The position numbers and the translations under genes were made by a program. This document shows positions 59,090 through 64,000 of a stretch of 64,000 nucleotides of DNA, one piece after another; position 1 is the first letter of the stretch, and each line of letters begins with the position of its first letter. Source of the DNA: an uncultured Chloroflexia bacterium (GTDB lineage: Bacteria; Chloroflexota; Limnocylindria; Limnocylindrales; CSP1-4); NCBI GenBank assembly GCA_963819655.1, contig CAWFXA010000001.1:384001-448000 (forward strand). The letters run 5' to 3'. The notes below the pieces were generated by a model, which made no database searches, had not been told where the DNA came from, and saw nothing but the letters and a program-made list of their open reading frames with translations.

Positions 59090-59754
59090 CACCAGCACGA
59101 CGCCACCACCTGGTCGTCGCCCTGATCGCTGCGCTGGCGGGCGCCGGGATCGGACTGGAAGTCGCCCGCGCGGGCGTTGCCCTCCAGCCGAGCCTCGCCT
59201 GGTGGCTCGGCGTCATCGGGATCATCGCGCTGGTCCTGGTCCTGATCACGCCGCCGGAGGAGCAGGCCGCGGCCCCGACCGCGACGCCTGCGCGCGCCGG
59301 CTGGGCCGAGTTCCGGCGCGAGCTCCGTCGCTCACGCCGATCCGTCCGGCCGATGACGCTGCTCCGCCTGCCCGGACCGGTGAGCCACGAAGCCGCCGAA
59401 ATGGCCGATCTGGCCGGTCGATCCCGCAGGCTCCATGAACACCTGCGCCTCGTCGATCGCACGTGGGTCGATGACGGCAGCGTCTACGTGCTGCTCCCCG
59501 AATCGCCGCGGGCGGCCGCCGACGCCCTCCTCGGCCGGCTCCGGGGCGTCGTTCCGGATCTCATCGCAGATGACGTCAGGATGGCGACGTTCCCCGACGA
59601 CGGGCTGACGAGCGGTGCGCTGATCTCCGCTGTCCACGGCGCGTCGTTGAGCGAGGTTCCGAGGCCGATCCGCGCGGCGCTCGCGGAGGACGATGCCGAG
59701 CTGCTTGGACCCGACGACGTCGAGCCGCTGCCTGAGACCGCGTCGAGATCATGA
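59086..59754 (+). CDS. Two-TM protein with degenerate GGDEF-like domain
   Basis: FRRELRRSRRSVRPMTLL, LRLVD (RxxD), VYVLLPESP..AA..LLGRL, ATFPDDG; no GGDEF signature; translationally coupled to both neighbours. Confidence 0.6.
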   Translation: MTPARRHHLVVALIAALAGAGIGLEVARAGVALQPSLAWWLGVIGIIALVLVLITPPEEQAAAPTATPARAGWAEFRRELRRSRRSVRPMTLLRLPGPVSHEAAEMADLAGRSRRLHEHLRLVDRTWVDDGSVYVLLPESPRAAADALLGRLRGVVPDLIADDVRMATFPDDGLTSGALISAVHGASLSEVPRPIRAALAEDDAELLGPDDVEPLPETASRS

Positions 59755-60380
59755 CCCGCTCGCCCGGCCAGGTCCGAACGCCCCGCGGATACGCGGCCAC
59801 GAAGCGCATGATCGACCTCGGCGTCTGTCTCATCGCCCTGCCGATCCTGCTGCCGGTCGGGCTGCTCTGCGCCCTTCTGATCCGGCTCGAGTCGCCCGGC
59901 CCGATCCTGTTCGCTCAGCAGCGGACCGGCCAGCACGGCGTCCGGTTCCCGATGTGGAAGTTCCGGACCATGGTCCAGAACGCCGAGGAGCTCAAGGCGT
60001 CGCTCCAGCACCTGAATATCCTGCCCGCGCCCGATTTCAAGATCCCGAACGATCCGCGGGTGACGCGCGTCGGCAAGTTCCTGCGCAAGACGAGCCTCGA
60101 CGAGCTGCCTCAGCTCCTCAATGTGATGCGCGGCCAGATGTCGATCGTGGGGCCGCGTCCGACCTCGTTCGCGGCGAGCACCTACGACCTCTGGCACTCA
60201 GAGCGTCTCGAGGTCGTGCCCGGCATCACCGGCCTGTGGCAGGTCAAGGGCCGCGGGACGATGACCTTCGACGAGCGCCTCCGGCTCGATATCGAGTACA
60301 TCGAGAGCCGATCGACAGGCAACGACCTGAAGCTGATGGCGCAGACCGCCATGGCGGTCTTCAAGGGGTCGGGCGTCTAG
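59751..60380 (+). CDS. Priming sugar transferase (Bac_transf family)
   Basis: KRMIDL, WKFRTM, DPRVTRVGKFLRKTSLDELPQL, GPRP, PGITGLWQV. Confidence 0.95.
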   Translation: MTRSPGQVRTPRGYAATKRMIDLGVCLIALPILLPVGLLCALLIRLESPGPILFAQQRTGQHGVRFPMWKFRTMVQNAEELKASLQHLNILPAPDFKIPNDPRVTRVGKFLRKTSLDELPQLLNVMRGQMSIVGPRPTSFAASTYDLWHSERLEVVPGITGLWQVKGRGTMTFDERLRLDIEYIESRSTGNDLKLMAQTAMAVFKGSGV

Positions 60381-60385
60381 GACCG

Positions 60386-60673
60386 TCCCGATCGCGTCAC
60401 TCAGAGCGACATCGTCACTGTGAGTGACAAGATCCGCACAGCCGTGCACGATCGATCGCCCAAACGACGATCCGCCGCATCCTGGGCGCCTCGGCCGTGC
60501 TCGTTCATCCCGATCGCGTCACTCAGGGCGACATCGTCACTGTGAGTGACAAGATCCGCACAGCCGTGCGCGATCGATCGCCCAAACGACGATCCGCCGC
60601 ATCCGTGGGCGCCTCGGCCGTGCTCGTTCATCCCGATCGCGTCACTCAGGGCGACATTGTCACTGTGAGTGAC
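60386..60673. repeat. Tandem repeat of about 122 bp: three palindromic units separated by two near-identical linkers (BIME-like)
   Basis: Units start at 60386, 60508, 60631; core GTCACTCAG-RGCGACATYGTCAC-TGTGAGTGAC is an imperfect palindrome; lies between convergent genes. Confidence 0.9.
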
Positions 60674-60676
60674 GCG

Positions 60677-61628
60677 TCACCGTTGCGGAGCGACCGCGCC
60701 GCGCCGGCCTAGATGCCAGGCGACCTGGCGCGCCAGACCATCTGACGGCTCGACCTGCGGCTCATAGCCGAGGGCGGCCCGTGCACGACCCACGTCGGCG
60801 CTCGTGTGCCGCTGATCGCCCGGTCGCACAGGCTCCCGGTGGATGATCGGCTCGACGCCGACGTGTCCCGCGATCAGCCCGATCGCATCGTTGAGCGAGA
60901 TCGTCCGCCCACCGCCGATGTTGTAGATCCCGCCGACCGCGCCCTGTTCGAGCGCCCGGATCGTGCCGTTGACCGCGTCATCGATGTACGTGTTCGAGCG
61001 CGTCTGCTCACCATCGCCGAAGACCGTGATGGGCTCACGATCGAGCATCGCCTCGATGAACCGGTGGTACGCCATGTCCGGACGCTGGCGCGGCCCGTAG
61101 ATCGAGAAGTAGCGGATGATCGTGGCCGGGAAGCCGCTCAACGCGACGTGCGCCAGGACGAGCTTCTCAGCGGCCAGCTTGGTGATCCCGTAGGGCGAGG
61201 AGGGCTCGAGCGCCCGGTCCTCGTTCCCGACCGCCTCGAGGCCGTACACCGACGACGTCGAGGCCACGACGAACCGCCGGACGCCGGGCGCGCTGGGCCG
61301 CCTCGATCAGGCGGTTCGTGGCGAGGATGTTGCAGGACGTGTATAGCTCGAGGTCCGTCCAGCTGCGCATGAGGCCGGCCATCGCGGCCTCGTGGATGAC
61401 GGCATCGGCGCCGTCGAGCCACGGGTCGAGGTCGTCGGTCCGGAGATCGACCTCGCCGAACCGGTAGCCGGCCGCGCCCGCGATCGGCGCCAGGTTGGCT
61501 TCCTTCATCGACCGCGGGTAGTACGGGATGAAGGCGTCGAGCCCGACCACCTCGTGACCGGCGGCGACCAGCGCCTCGGCGAGGGTGGATCCGATGAAGC
61601 CGGCCGCGCCGGTCACGACGATCCTCAT
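60677..61628 (-). CDS. NAD-dependent epimerase/dehydratase, one-base frameshift near 61287
   Basis: MRIVVTGAAGFIG, ASTSSVYG, YGITK (YxxxK), YGPRQRPDM; removing one base gives AQRAGVRRFVVAS. Confidence 0.9.
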
Positions 61629-63562
61629 GATCCGACGTCCTGGAGCACGCTCACCTCCGCGAGATCGATTGCCTGGGCCGGGGGTGCGCCGGCTGTTTCG
61701 ACACAGACGGAGCCGACGGTCCGGACCGCCGGCATCCGCCAGCGTAGCCCGGCCACGCCGGCGATCAGCTTTCCGCCGTCGGATGTCACTCGCAGGTTGT
61801 ACGTTCGCTTGGCCTGGTCGATGACCGCCGTCACGCGATACCAGACGGTGGGCCGGATGCGCACGGTCGAGCGGATCTTGGTCGCGCGGTCGAACCACGC
61901 CAGCACGCCCTGGTTCGTGACCCGCAGGCTGGCGGTCTCGCCGCCGCTGCCGCGCACGGACAGGATCGTTGCGTCGTCGAGGCCGCGGCGGGACACGCGC
62001 ACGCGCATCCGGATCGTGAGCGTGGTCCCGGGGACCTCGGCAACGTCTCGACACGCGCGGACGCCGGTCTTCGACGACGGCACGCTCAGCGCCTGGCCGT
62101 TCCCGCCGTCGGTCACGATCGACAGCGGAGCGGCTCCGTCCTCCGGTCGCACGTACCAGCCGGCCTCGACCGTCGGACCCATCGGCCACGGCTCGAAGGT
62201 GTCGCGCAGGAGCGTGGCCGTGACCCCGTCCGGAGCGGCCTCAGCAGTGTTCGGGCGGTCAGGATCGGCCGGGTTCGCCGCTGGCGGCCCGGCACCCAGG
62301 TCGACGACGCCGTGGAGGTACCGCCCGCTCGTCCGGTCGCTGGCCAGCACGAGCAGGCCGGCCTCGCGCGAGAGCGGACCCTTGCTCGATGTCACGTCGT
62401 CGATGGTGGTCTCGGTCGGGCTTGCGATGAGCGGGACGCCAGCGCCTGTGTCGAAGAGGATCCGGTCGAGTGGCGCTCGCTTGTAGTAGATCGCTCCGCC
62501 GCTGCCGGGCGACGTTGCAGCGACGGCGATGGTCATCGTCTCGGGATCGACGAGGACGATCGGTCGCGCGAAACGATCACCGATGAGACCGACGAGCGTC
62601 GTGTCCCATGTTCCGTCCGGCCCGCGCGTGGCCAGCAGCGTGCCCGGATCGAGCGACCGATCGAGGGTGGTCCCGACCGCGGCCGCCACGCCGATCCCAC
62701 CGTCTGCCAGCGGGTACGGGACCACGCTCAGCGCGGCATCGTTCCGTTGACCTGTCAGGACCGGCTCCGGCGCCGACCAGGAATCGTCTGGGGCGCCGTC
62801 CTCGTGGACGCTGAAATAGATCCCGGACAGCTGGTTCGTCCACATCACCCCGATGCGTCCGGGTCCGAACGCGACGATCGAGGAGACGTCGATCAGGTCC
62901 ACCGCGGCGGCCCCCGACGCCAGCGCGGTCGGAACGCTCCAGCTCGTGTCCGTGGCGAGCGTGTGCGTCACCAGGACCCGTCCGCCCGCGACGAACGTGA
63001 CCCACACGCCGCCTGCGGAGTCCGCGGTCATCACCGCCGAGCTCCCGCCACCGGGGAAGATCGTGACCGGGAAGTCGGCGTCGAGCGTGAAGCGCACCGC
63101 CTTGGCGTCGAAGGTGAAGCGGCGAACGCGGATGGCGTGGTTCTCCGAAGGTCGCGACCCGCCGGCCACCGTGTAGAGATGGGTCCCGGTCCACAGGACG
63201 TCCGCGTCGGCAAACGGCCGCTCGTCCATGAGCTCGCCCGTGTCCGCCCAGACCTGGGTATCCGCATCGAGTCGGTAGATGCCGAGCCGGTTCGTCGTGC
63301 GGCCGAACAAGGCGCCCCACCACTGGCCCTCCGCGTACCACAGCTTCGATTGGGCGGAGCTCGTCGTCGGGGCGCCGACGATGGTCGGGTCGACGGCGTA
63401 GTCGGCGAACGTCAGTCCGGCGGGCGGGGGCGGGAGCGGTGACCCGGTCGGCGGCGGCTGCGGCGTGGCGATCGGGGCCGTGGGCGTCGGGCCAGGACTC
63501 GGGCTCAACGCCATGACGGCCACGATCGAGCCGGCCGCGACGATGACGATCAGGCCCAGCAC
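61625..63562 (-). CDS. Membrane-anchored extracellular protein (propeller-like plus C-terminal beta-sandwich), hypothetical
   Basis: N-terminal TM, Pro linker, AQSKLWY..G.WW segment, beta-rich; ATGA overlap with the epimerase; true start may be 63589. Confidence 0.7.
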   Translation of the reverse strand: MLGLIVIVAAGSIVAVMALSPSPGPTPTAPIATPQPPPTGSPLPPPPAGLTFADYAVDPTIVGAPTTSSAQSKLWYAEGQWWGALFGRTTNRLGIYRLDADTQVWADTGELMDERPFADADVLWTGTHLYTVAGGSRPSENHAIRVRRFTFDAKAVRFTLDADFPVTIFPGGGSSAVMTADSAGGVWVTFVAGGRVLVTHTLATDTSWSVPTALASGAAAVDLIDVSSIVAFGPGRIGVMWTNQLSGIYFSVHEDGAPDDSWSAPEPVLTGQRNDAALSVVPYPLADGGIGVAAAVGTTLDRSLDPGTLLATRGPDGTWDTTLVGLIGDRFARPIVLVDPETMTIAVAATSPGSGGAIYYKRAPLDRILFDTGAGVPLIASPTETTIDDVTSSKGPLSREAGLLVLASDRTSGRYLHGVVDLGAGPPAANPADPDRPNTAEAAPDGVTATLLRDTFEPWPMGPTVEAGWYVRPEDGAAPLSIVTDGGNGQALSVPSSKTGVRACRDVAEVPGTTLTIRMRVRVSRRGLDDATILSVRGSGGETASLRVTNQGVLAWFDRATKIRSTVRIRPTVWYRVTAVIDQAKRTYNLRVTSDGGKLIAGVAGLRWRMPAVRTVGSVCVETAGAPPAQAIDLAEVSVLQDVGS

Positions 63563-63724
63563 GAGCCAGGGACGCGGCGACCCGTTCGTGGTGACTCCTC
63601 CCCCGGCGTGTTCGTCTGGGCGCTCGGCCCGATGGGTGGCCCGGAGTGTACGACGGCATCCCGGCGAGGCGGTTGCGACCGATGCCTCGGCGCACCACCG
63701 GCCTGCGGCCGCGGCGGCTCGGGA

Positions 63725-64000
63725 TCAGTCGGGCGAGCGGCGCGCGTCCAGACCGGCGGCCCACGCGAGCTGGGCGCGGATGAGGGGAACGCCGGCGCGA
63801 CCGCCGACGTTGATCCGGCGCAGGCGCAGCCGGTCGACCCGGCGCAGGTCGTTGCCTCCCCGGTCGGTGGTCATCGCGATATCCATGCCGGCCTCGAGCG
63901 CCGCGGTGACTGCCGCGCCGCCGTGCGCACCACTCGGGTAGGCAAGGACACGCGGGATCGCCGCGAGCGGGCCGATCTCCCGCTCCAGGTCGGCGTGAGA
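63725..64000 (-). CDS. Polysaccharide deacetylase, 3' part (runs off window end)
   Basis: Manual translation SHADLEREIG..VLAYPSG..AGMDIAMTTDRGGN..LRLRRINV matches NodB/IcaB-type C-terminal motifs; stop at 63725. Confidence 0.75.
   Translation of the reverse strand, partial: SHADLEREIGPLAAIPRVLAYPSGAHGGAAVTAALEAGMDIAMTTDRGGNDLRRVDRLRLRRINVGGRAGVPLIRAQLAWAAGLDARRSPD

Noticed and set aside
60386-60673. CRISPR array
   Set aside because: The linkers are near-identical and about 80 bp rather than unique spacers, and no cas genes are present.

Overview
High-GC bacterial chromosomal window, densely coding. I found no rRNA, CRISPR array, transposase, integrase or phage genes. Gene content and style suggest a soil/freshwater Chloroflexota- or Actinobacteria-like organism (inference only). 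Contents in order: partial pyrB and pyrR with a duplicated PyrR-type leader; two ECF sigma/zinc anti-sigma pairs; a GalT-fold protein with an altered active site; lipB; a PAS-GGDEF cyclase; a Pro-rich XRE regulator; tRNA-Gly(CCC); a DosS/DosR-like cluster with CoA-transferase, Tat two-domain multicopper oxidase and a broken CBS gene; an M14 carboxypeptidase; acetolactate synthase; two non-pyrrolysine MttB-family methyltransferases flanking a core MetE-like enzyme; an ArsR-SRPBCC operon followed by an ankyrin gene with a structured leader; a MacAB-like exporter with a two-component system; an acyl-CoA synthetase, PRTase, beta-propeller and MoaD/ThiS run; a convergent operon ending in a degenerate lysine 5,6-aminomutase alpha-like gene; and the edge of an exopolysaccharide cluster. 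There are three families of intergenic palindromic repeats, many apparently leaderless genes, and several single-base frameshifts that look like consensus errors. All family assignments come from recognising motifs by eye, not from database searches.
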